NCBI GenBank assembly: GCA_039794085.1
Contig: JBDIWC010000073.1
Location: 1 to 15,972, forward strand
DNA from: Gemmatimonadales bacterium
GTDB taxonomy: Bacteria > Gemmatimonadota > Gemmatimonadetes > Gemmatimonadales > GWC2-71-9
Reading direction: 5' to 3'
Length of the DNA stretch: 15,972 nt
This document shows, piece by piece, positions 8,413 through 15,972 of this stretch. The position numbers were made by a program, and so were the translations under genes. Within the stretch, counting starts at the first letter, position 1. The number at the start of each line of letters is the position of its first letter. A model generated the notes under the pieces. The model did not search any database, was not told where the DNA came from, and saw nothing but the letters and a program-made list of their open reading frames with translations.

Positions 8413-8468
8413 CCTCAGTCAACCTCAATTTAAGAAGCTTTGAATGGGAGGTCAAGTAGTTAGTGATG

Positions 8469-8497
8469 CTGTTGACCCATCTTAGGAGGGTCAACAG
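8469..8497. promoter_or_regulatory. Perfect 10-bp inverted repeat (operator or hairpin)
   Basis: CTGTTGACCC-N9-GGGTCAACAG. Confidence 0.5.
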
Positions 8498-8732
8498 ATC
8501 ACGGAGGGATTGCATCGAACCAGTTCGTCAACGAGGGTGTGAGAGGGAGGGGGCCCCGGAGTCGGCCAGATTCGGGTCTACCGTACCGGCCGACGCTCCT
8601 CACGTTTCAGGTCGCTCACGTCGGACCCCGGAGGCGAAGGTTCTCCACGTCCATCGGCCCTGGGGCCTGCCCGCGGACTCCTTCTTGCGGATCAGCGTGG
8701 GGAGGGACACAAGCCTCACGAGGAGAGAGAAA

Positions 8733-8807
8733 AGAGGAGTGAGAAGTGAGATCGATTGAGAAGTGAGATCGATCCTCTCACGCCTCACTCCTCTCCCCTC
8801 ACTCCTC
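8733..8807. repeat. GAG(A/G)AGT-type heptamer inverted-repeat element with an internal 17-bp tandem duplication
   Basis: TGAGAAGTGAGATCGAT x2 (8740-8756, 8757-8773). AGAGGAGTGAG (8733-8743) is inverted to CTCACTCCTCT (8784-8794). Lies directly after the PBP stop. Confidence 0.8.
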
Positions 8808-8808
8808 C

Positions 8809-11010
8809 CTACGGCCGACCGCCGCGCCGCCGCCGCTCCCGGTCCCCGCGCTCGAGCAGCCGCTCGATCCACCGCTCCACCGAGCGCTCGATGCGCTCCG
8901 CCTCCCGTCCCCACGCCTCGTCGCGGTCGATGTTCCCGAGTCGCTCCCTGAACCAGTCGGCGAGCCGGAAACCCCCGCAATCGCTCTCGGGTGCGGTTCC
9001 CTCGAGAAAGAGCTCGCGGGTGCATCCGGTTCCACTCTCCCACCAGTTCGCTCCCTCGCTGTTGCGGACCCACGCGCTCTCGATCCCGTCGGGAACCGGG
9101 AAGGAGCCGGACCAGTCATCGGAATCGACGTCGTCGAGGAACCGGGAGACGATCGGGAGTGCCGCTCCCGCTCCGGTGGTGCCCACGGTGCGCCCGTCGT
9201 CATACCCGACCCAGACGCCCACCACGAGCTTCGGCGAATAGGCCACGAACCAGGCGTCCCGCCAGTCATCCGACGTTCCCGTCTTCCCGGCCAGGCCACT
9301 CCCCTGCCCGTTGACTCGCTGGAGAGCTCTTCCCGTCCCCCGTTGGATGACTCCTTCCAGAGCAGAGGTCACCAGATAGGCCTCGGCAGGATCGGTCACC
9401 CTGATCTTTTCCGGCGCGGGAATGGGGGGCAGAGGGTCCCCGGCGGCTGAACGGGACAGCACCGACCGGGTCGCGGCGAGGTCCCCTCCCGCCGCCAGCA
9501 CACCGTATGCCCTCACCAGCTCCACCAGCGTGACCTCCGAACTGCCGAGCGCCAGACTCGGCACCGGCCGCATGGGACTCGTGATGCCCAGCACCCGGGC
9601 GGTGGTGGCGATCTGTTCGGGCCCGACGTCGAGTCCCACGCGCGCGATGGGAACGTTCAGGGATGCCTCCAGGGCCTCCCGCAGGGACACCGCGCCGCGG
9701 AACGACCGATCGTAGTTGGCGGGCGCCCAGAGTTTCCCTCCACTCCTCACACTGAACGGCGCGTCCTCGAGCCGCGATGCCAGCGTGAACCGCGGGGTTC
9801 CGTCCCGTCCGCGGGAAAGCGCCGCGAGGGCCACGATCGGCTTGAAGGCGCTTCCCGGCTGCCGGCGGGCTGCCACGGCGCGATTGAACTGGGACGTTCC
9901 GTAGTCGCGGCCGCCGACCATCGCCAGGATCTCTCCGGTCCGGGGATCGATCGCGACGAGAGCCGCCTGGAGCTCCCGGGCCCGGAGTCGGCCCAAACCA
10001 TCCTGCACCGCCCGTTCCGCCGCCCTCTGGAGTGCGGGATCGAGCGTGGTATGAATCGCCGCGCCACGACGGGGGAGGTGCATCGGGAGGTCGACCCGGG
10101 CGGCGTCGAGGAACCAGCGCGCGTCCACGGTCTGGCTCCGGTGCTCCCGCGCCCCCAACCGGGCGTTCGCCGCGCGCTCCGCGTCCTGCTCGCTGATCCG
10201 TCCCTGCTCGGACATCGCGCGCAGGACGGTGCCACGGCGTTCGCGCGCGGCCTCGGGGTTCCGGACCGGGTTGTACCGGTTCGGGGCCTGGATCATCCCC
10301 GCCAGGAGGGCGGACTGGGCGAGGGTCAGATCCGCCGCGTCCTTGCCAAAGTAGAACTGCGCGGCGGCGCCCACGCCATGGATGGCCCGGGAGCCGTCCT
10401 GCCCGAGGTAGGTCTCATTCAGATAGGCTTCGAGGATCGCATCCTTGGACGATCGCGTCTCCAGCACGGCGGCCATGGCGGCTTCCCGGAGTTTCCGGAG
10501 GGGGGTGCGGTCCGAGGTGAGAAAGAGATTCTTGACCAGTTGCTGGGTGACGGTGCTTCCCCCTTGGGATATGCGCCCGGCGCGAAGGTTGGCGACCAGG
10601 GCTCCCCCGATTCTCCAGACGTCGAGTCCATGGTGCTGGTAGAACCGCCGGTCCTCGATGGCGAGAACGGCCTGGACCATGTGGGGCGATATCTCATCAA
10701 GGGCCACCGGGACCCTGAGCTCCAGGGGGTGGCCATCCACCGAGCCCAGAAGGGCGGGGGAGCTCCGTCGTGCCGACTCGCCCCAGGCCACGGGGCGGGA
10801 CCAGATGGCCGTCTGCACCCGGGCCTCGGAAGGTGCAATCCGTGCTCTGACAAGCGCTTCTGTGGCGAGGAGCAGGACGCCGAGGCCTCCGATGGCTCCC
10901 AGCCCGAGGAGGCCGAACTTCAGGTGATGCCGGGTGATTCCGGATCGGACGGAGCCCCGGATCGAGGCCCAGATGGTGCGACAGCGGATCAGGATGGACT
11001 GCCTTGACAT
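8809..11010 (-). CDS. Class A bifunctional penicillin-binding protein (transglycosylase/transpeptidase, PBP1A/1B family)
   Basis: GT51 motifs EDRRFYQHHG, GGSTVTQQLVKN and RKLRE; transpeptidase motifs SAFK, SLN and KTG; N-terminal TM helix; GGAG RBS before the ATG at 11010. Confidence 0.96.
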   Translation of the reverse strand: MSRQSILIRCRTIWASIRGSVRSGITRHHLKFGLLGLGAIGGLGVLLLATEALVRARIAPSEARVQTAIWSRPVAWGESARRSSPALLGSVDGHPLELRVPVALDEISPHMVQAVLAIEDRRFYQHHGLDVWRIGGALVANLRAGRISQGGSTVTQQLVKNLFLTSDRTPLRKLREAAMAAVLETRSSKDAILEAYLNETYLGQDGSRAIHGVGAAAQFYFGKDAADLTLAQSALLAGMIQAPNRYNPVRNPEAARERRGTVLRAMSEQGRISEQDAERAANARLGAREHRSQTVDARWFLDAARVDLPMHLPRRGAAIHTTLDPALQRAAERAVQDGLGRLRARELQAALVAIDPRTGEILAMVGGRDYGTSQFNRAVAARRQPGSAFKPIVALAALSRGRDGTPRFTLASRLEDAPFSVRSGGKLWAPANYDRSFRGAVSLREALEASLNVPIARVGLDVGPEQIATTARVLGITSPMRPVPSLALGSSEVTLVELVRAYGVLAAGGDLAATRSVLSRSAAGDPLPPIPAPEKIRVTDPAEAYLVTSALEGVIQRGTGRALQRVNGQGSGLAGKTGTSDDWRDAWFVAYSPKLVVGVWVGYDDGRTVGTTGAGAALPIVSRFLDDVDSDDWSGSFPVPDGIESAWVRNSEGANWWESGTGCTRELFLEGTAPESDCGGFRLADWFRERLGNIDRDEAWGREAERIERSVERWIERLLERGDRERRRRGGRP

Positions 11011-11385
11011 GGTACTCTCCCGACGGGTCGTGAGACCCTGACGGATCAAACCTAATGGGTGTTTCACTTTGCATCCTGGGGCGATGGCAACCAGTCCCTT
11101 GACGAAGGGATGACCCGCACGAGAGGATCGTCGCGGGCGCCCGGGGGCTGAGCACGACGCGCCAGGCGGCATGGCCGCCGCTGGGCAAGCCGGGATGCGA
11201 TGGGGCCTTCGCTTCGTCGGCGGGTTGGGTCATGAGCCGGAGGCGAGAGCCACCTTCATCGCGCAGCTGGTGGAGGGTGAGCCGGGAGCGCGGTCGGGTG
11301 GAGGTTTGAAACGGGAGGGTCGCAGTGCTCGTCGGGAGGAAAGTCGTGAGTCTCGAGAGATTCTTCTGCAACCGCGCGAGGCCCC

Positions 11386-12306
11386 GTGGTCACCGTCATT
11401 CGACATGCCGTCCAACTTCTGATGGTCGGCACTCTCCTTCCGCTTTCATCACTCCGCGCCCAACACCTGGTTCCCGAGGTACTCATCGAGGGGCGCTTCT
11501 CCGGGGCGGAGGGGCTCACCTTCAACGCGGAGGGACGGCTGTTCATGGCAGCAGATCGGGCGGTGTGGGAAGTGTTCCCGGATCACTCGACCCGTCGCCT
11601 GGCAGGGTTTTCGTCCAATCTCGGACTGGCGGCATATGGCCCGCGTGACATTCTTATGGCCGATTTCGGCCCCCTGGTGAGACCGCAGGCGGGCCCGAAC
11701 ACCGACGGAGTCGTCTGGCGAATCACTCCGGAGGGGGACACGACGCGGGTGGCGGACGGAGTCGGCGATCCCAACGCGATCGTGGTCCTCCCTGACGGCG
11801 ACTTTCTCGTTTCCGACGATTTTACGCATGACATCTACCACGTGACCCGCAACGGGGAGGTGAGCCTGTTCACGGATGCAATCCCCTTTCCCAACGGACT
11901 GGCACTCGCCCCCGACGGATCGACCCTCTATGTCGCCCGGATCTTCAGCAGGGCGCCGACTGAACCTCCCCCGGTCCGTTTTCAGGACTTCAGTGACGAA
12001 GTGTGGCGTCTCCCTCTGCGAAACTTCCGGCCGGCGGGCCCCCCCGAGGTGATCTTCCGGACCGGCGGCGCGACGGGTCCTGATGGGCTCGCCGTGGATG
12101 AACAGGGTCGGCTCTATCTGTCGGCGGCCCGGGAGGGGCAGCTGTGGCGCATTGACCCGGCCACGGGCCGCGGAGAGCTCCTGGCGGAAGGGCTCCCCGG
12201 ACTCGCGAGCCTGGCGTTTGGTCGAGGAGAATTCGATCCCCATTCCCTGTATGCCACTCAGATACGGGGAGGGCGTCTCCTTCGGTTCGTGCTGGGCGCC
12301 AGGTGA
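11386..12306 (+). CDS. SMP-30/gluconolactonase/LRE family exported beta-propeller protein
   Basis: AEGLTF, DPNAI, FPNGLALAPDGSTLYVA and GPDGLAVDEQGRLY motifs (E/N/N/D metal-site pattern). Signal-like N-terminus ending LRA-Q. Confidence 0.88.
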   Translation: MVTVIRHAVQLLMVGTLLPLSSLRAQHLVPEVLIEGRFSGAEGLTFNAEGRLFMAADRAVWEVFPDHSTRRLAGFSSNLGLAAYGPRDILMADFGPLVRPQAGPNTDGVVWRITPEGDTTRVADGVGDPNAIVVLPDGDFLVSDDFTHDIYHVTRNGEVSLFTDAIPFPNGLALAPDGSTLYVARIFSRAPTEPPPVRFQDFSDEVWRLPLRNFRPAGPPEVIFRTGGATGPDGLAVDEQGRLYLSAAREGQLWRIDPATGRGELLAEGLPGLASLAFGRGEFDPHSLYATQIRGGRLLRFVLGAR

Positions 12307-12781
12307 TCGGAGAACCGGTCCTGGAGGGGTGACCCCTCGGAATTCCCGAAGGCAACGGTCCCGTGTGATGGCACCCAGCCGCCGAATAGTGACGACAGCA
12401 TGTGTGGTCCGGGATGATCGGTTTCATCGCGCAACCGAGGCTGGACGGGCGTGGGTGTCAACAGATGGTGGACCGGTCCCGGAAGAGTCGATCCCGCAGA
12501 GGTCACGGCGGTATTGGCTGTGGACGATGAAGGGCGTGCTTCGGCCTGGTGCCGATCATTCGGCGGTCACGCCGGTTCCGGATGGGTGTTCCTGCCGTGG
12601 CGCGCGGACCGGGAGCGGGTGCCGGCGCTGATGTGTGTCGCCGAAGCAGGTGTCACCAGGCCACCCGCGCCGGGTTGCCAGGGCTGACAAGGTGAGGGAT
12701 TGACAACGCTGGGTGATTGAGGTGTGAAGGCGAAACGTGGGACGGACGAATTGAACCGTAAAATCTGGTTCGGAGAACACG

Positions 12782-12892
12782 ATGACAAACGGGAAGAAAA
12801 AATGGTTGGACCGTGCCGAGATCGTGCTGACGATCAGCGCCCTGGTGATTGTGGGAGTCGTCCTTGTCGTCTCCCGATTGTTTGGGTCGTAG
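12782..12892 (+). CDS. 36-aa single-pass membrane microprotein (not in the ORF track)
   Basis: GGAGA RBS; MTNGKKKWLDRAEIVLTISALVIVGVVLVVSRLFGS*. Confidence 0.65.
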   Translation: MTNGKKKWLDRAEIVLTISALVIVGVVLVVSRLFGS

Positions 12893-13356
12893 CCCAGTCC
12901 TGGTGGCCTGCTCCGGCTGAGCATACGCGCTGGGTCGCAACGACACAGTGCTGGCGGCTGGATACAGTGCGCGAGGGGTGGGTCACGCGTCGAAGTGCCC
13001 CGGGTCGAGGAGCACCGGACCGGCGGGTGCGCCGGATTGGCCCGACGGCACCGGGTGACCCGGGCCCGGACCCTGGACCATGCAGTTTTGCATGCGGTGA
13101 GAAACCGGTGACCATTCATTTCATTTCATAGTGCCCTGGCGACCGCGGACACTCCGCAGGTGGTGACACCTATCGTTTTGACGCGTGAGCCAATGGGTGT
13201 AGACCATGTCGCTCGCACGAGCGATTGTCCACGCTGCGGGGATTGCTATGTTGCATTACCTGGTTTGTCGGCGCTCCGCCGGCTAGCCACTTTGAATTAA
13301 AATTCCCTTTCCCACCAGGCACGAGCTTGGCGGCTGACTGAAGAGAGGAGAAGACC

Positions 13357-13440
13357 ATGAGCACCACCACAGTGATCGTCATCGTCCTGCTGGTCCTGTT
13401 CCTGGGCGGTGGCTGGGGCTGGTCGCGCCGTAGGCGCTAG
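13357..13440 (+). CDS. 27-aa membrane microprotein, DUF3309-like (not in the ORF track)
   Basis: GAGGAG RBS; MSTTTVIVIVLLVLFLGGGWGWSRRRR*. Confidence 0.75.
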   Translation: MSTTTVIVIVLLVLFLGGGWGWSRRRR

Positions 13441-13500
13441 GGCGAAGGTCATGCCCCGTCGGGGCAGGCCATACTTTGACACACCGGGAGGGAAACTCCA

Positions 13501-13869
13501 ATGACAATGACTGGAACCGCAGGGGGACGAGTACTGTCCTCGAGCAGCTTGACAGGTGACACGGTGGTGGATTCAGCGGGCGAAAAGCTGGGCACCATTG
13601 ACAACCTGATGATCGACACGGACCGAGGCACCATCGCCTATGCGGTGCTGTCCGTCGGCGGCCTCTTCGGCATGGGCGACAAATTGTTCGCCATTCCCTG
13701 GCAGGCCCTCCGAGTGGACCACCAAGAGAAGCAGCTCGTCCTGAACGTCAAGAAGGACAAGCTCGAGAAGGCCCCTGGCTTTGCCAAGGACAACTGGCCG
13801 GACTTTGCGGACCAGTCGTGGGGGCGGACGGTGCACAGCCACTACGGCACGACACCGTCCTCGAAGTAG
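13501..13869 (+). CDS. PRC-barrel domain protein
   Basis: LTGDTVVDSAGEKLGTIDNLMID...IAYAVLSVGGLFGMGDKLFAIPW...LEKAPGF..DNWPD; GGGAGG RBS. Confidence 0.93.
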   Translation: MTMTGTAGGRVLSSSSLTGDTVVDSAGEKLGTIDNLMIDTDRGTIAYAVLSVGGLFGMGDKLFAIPWQALRVDHQEKQLVLNVKKDKLEKAPGFAKDNWPDFADQSWGRTVHSHYGTTPSSK

Positions 13870-14217
13870 CCCCCGCCTTGTCGGTCCGGCGTGCGCCGAG
13901 GCGTAGCCGGATCGTGGGCCCCGCCCACCACCGGGACCCGTCCTCCGGATCCCTCCGGTCCATGGACCGAGCTCGGTCCAGGGGTCGAGATCGTGGACTA
14001 CCACGATTGAGGTGCAGGAGGCAGGGGTGGGGCCCTGTCTGAACCACGGAAGAGCGAGACGCAGAGCTGAGCCCGGCTCGAAGGGAATAACTCCTTCCGT
14101 GGTGGGCCAACCCGGATTCTCGACCTTTCGGGCGATACCTGGAGGCGACCGGATCCACGATTGTTCTCGTGATCGGCCGCGTTCGGATCGGATCCGACAC
14201 GGCATCAGGGAGGTTCC

Positions 14218-14550
14218 GTGAGTGAAGAATCCGGGTCGGGCAAGCGTCAGAACCGGAAGGTTCGCCACCGTTACAGGATCTCGGACCCGCAGTTCCGGCG
14301 CGAGATGTTGGTGCTGCTGGGTCCGTCGCTCACCTCGGGAAACCGTGTCACGGCGCTCCACAATGGCGACGAGATCTTTCCTGCGATGCTGGACGCGATC
14401 CGTGGAGCATCCGTCTCGATCACCTTCGAGACGTACATCTACTGGTCCGGGGAGATCGGGCGGGAATGCGCCACAGCGCTCTCGGAGCGCGCGAGGGCCG
14501 GACTGCCCGTCCCACATCATCCTCGACGGCGATTGGCATACCAGCCGTGA
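14218..14550 (+). pseudogene. cls: Cardiolipin synthase / PLD-family N-terminal fragment, frameshifted and truncated
   Basis: GNRVTALHNGDEIFPAMLDAIRGASVSITFETYIYWSGEIG...ALSERARAG. The continuation V-HIILD-AIG needs two single-base corrections (~14512, ~14528), and no HKD motif follows. Confidence 0.85.
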
Positions 14551-14725
14551 TACCGCGGCGTGACGTGACCCTTGTCGGGGATTTGGTGGTGGAGGGCCGC
14601 GGTTCGCTCCTTGGATGGGGGATCGGTGCGTCTGCTCGATGGCCTCGACCCGGTTCCGCGTGGAAAGACCCCGGGTCGCGTGGAGTTGGTACCGCGCTCC
14701 GACTCCCTCGGCCCCATCATGGTGC

Positions 14726-15046
14726 ATGGCCAGCACCTACTTCGTCTACATCATGGCGAGCGACACCCGGGTCCTCTACACCGGGCTCACGACCCGCCTC
14801 CATTCCCGGGTCGAAGAGCACCGGGCGAGCGGGTGCGCCGGATTTGGCCGGAGGCACCGGGTGTCGAAGCTGGTCTACTTCGAATCGCACGTCTCGCGGC
14901 GCATCGCCACTCTCCGCATGCGTCAGATCCGGGCGTGGAACCGGGCCCGCCGAGTGGCCATGGTCACGGCATGGAATCCGGCCTGGACCGACCTCGCGGC
15001 GGCGTGGTTCGAGGAACGGGCGGCGTTGGTGTCGGGAGACGGGTGA
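14726..15046 (+). CDS. Small GIY-YIG nuclease family protein (degenerate)
   Basis: YFVYIMAS..RVLYTGLT..L.SRVEEH...KLVYFE...QIRAWNR...NPAWTDL. Confidence 0.88.
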   Translation: MASTYFVYIMASDTRVLYTGLTTRLHSRVEEHRASGCAGFGRRHRVSKLVYFESHVSRRIATLRMRQIRAWNRARRVAMVTAWNPAWTDLAAAWFEERAALVSGDG

Positions 15047-15098
15047 CGCGTACCGGCTTGCCTTGCCGATCGGGGGGGGGAGGCCGCATCTTGGGCCC

Positions 15099-15791
15099 AT
15101 GACCGACCGACGCTACAGCGAGGAAGAGGCGGAGGAGATCTTTCGCCTCGCCGCCGAGTCAGAACATGGTGCCTCCCCGGCGCTGACACCGAACGAGGGG
15201 ATGACCCTGGTCCAGTTGCGGGAGATCGGGCGGGAGGCGGGGCTCCATCCCGATCTGGTGGAGCGGGCGGCCCGCACTCTCGATCGGGTGCCGTCTTCCA
15301 CCCGGCGGTTTCTCGGGTTCCCGCTCGGCGCGGGCCGGGTCGTGGAGTTGAACCGGGAGCTCACTGACTCCGAGTGGCAGCGACTGGTGGGCGAGTTGCG
15401 GGACACCTTCGACGCCCGGGGGGTGATTCGGGAGGACGGCGCCTTTCGGCAGTGGACCAATGGCAACCTGACCGTGGCGGTGGAGCCGACGCCGTCAGGC
15501 CACCGGGTCCGATTCCGCACCGTCCGGGGCGGAGCCCGGGAGATGATGCTGATGGGACTCGGCATGGTCGGGGTGGGCCTGGTGCTTCTTCTGGTGACCT
15601 CGCTCCCCGGCGGACCGGAGACCTCGTTGCCCGGGGCCGGGTTTCTCTCCCTGATGGGGCTCGGGATGTTCGGCGTAAGCGCCGCCCGGCTTCCCGGATG
15701 GGCCCGGCTCCGGCAGCGACAGATGGATGCGCTTGCCGAGCGGCTGGCGCTGCCGTCTGAATCCCTCCGCCCGAGCCAAGCCGACTTCTGA
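15099..15791 (+). CDS. Hypothetical membrane protein (230 aa, two C-terminal TM helices)
   Basis: MTDRRYSEEEAEEIFRLAA...GMTLVQLREIGREAGL followed by two hydrophobic segments; GC-rich third codon positions. The ORF-track extension upstream of 15099 is low-complexity. Confidence 0.8.
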   Translation: MTDRRYSEEEAEEIFRLAAESEHGASPALTPNEGMTLVQLREIGREAGLHPDLVERAARTLDRVPSSTRRFLGFPLGAGRVVELNRELTDSEWQRLVGELRDTFDARGVIREDGAFRQWTNGNLTVAVEPTPSGHRVRFRTVRGGAREMMLMGLGMVGVGLVLLLVTSLPGGPETSLPGAGFLSLMGLGMFGVSAARLPGWARLRQRQMDALAERLALPSESLRPSQADF

Positions 15792-15845
15792 GACCGTTCC
15801 GGTGGAGCCCACGGAGGAAGTATATTCGACTAATATTTCGATGAT

Positions 15846-15972
15846 GGCTCTTCCCCTGATCGAGTGGGTAAGTTAGCCTGCATCCATGAGAGATCGAGAT
15901 CTGTATAGCAGGATTCTGGGCCTCCCCAGCCCGTGGCGCGTGTCCGAGGTGGAGCTGGCGCTGGGCCAAGGG
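15846..15972 (+). mobile_element. Left end of an ISL3-family insertion sequence (continues beyond the window)
   Basis: Begins GGCTCTTC, typical of ISL3 terminal repeats, directly after an AT-rich tract and 40 nt before a transposase start. Confidence 0.8.
15886..15972 (+). CDS. ISL3-family transposase, N-terminal 29 aa (partial)
   Basis: MRDRDLYSRILGLPSPWRVSEVELALGQG matches the ISL3 N-terminal pattern LY..ILG...PW.V..VEL. Confidence 0.82.
   Translation, partial: MRDRDLYSRILGLPSPWRVSEVELALGQG

Noticed and set aside
8120..8515. 131-aa ORF with a YYIYIYI stretch
   Set aside because: The hydrophobic run comes from translating the TA repeat, and the ORF overlaps the redoxin 5' end in another frame.
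12451..12687. ORF containing VLAVDDE, like the start of a receiver domain
   Set aside because: No further receiver motifs follow and there is no convincing RBS.

Overview
GC-rich bacterial DNA (about 70% GC in a hand-counted PBP line). The gene content and intergenic repeats look Gemmatimonadota-like, which is an impression only. In order: a repeat-rich intergenic stretch, an ECF sigma factor (-), two coupled small hypothetical genes (-), an orphan NarL/LuxR response regulator (-), a DUF305 + LVIVD-repeat lipoprotein pair (+), a ~2.35 kb lower-GC island (-), a class A PBP (-), an SMP-30/gluconolactonase-like protein (+), two tiny membrane proteins, a PRC-barrel protein, a frameshifted and truncated cardiolipin synthase, a degenerate small GIY-YIG nuclease, a membrane hypothetical, and the left end of an ISL3 element. 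The island (~6150-8500) is the best candidate for an undescribed system. It is an apparent operon of a membrane-anchored CxxC redoxin (split by an in-frame TAG that the ORF track misses), a six-bladed beta-propeller-type lipoprotein, and a secreted peptide with 9 Cys in 31 residues behind a near-perfect Shine-Dalgarno site. All family calls come from motif recognition by eye; no searches were run.
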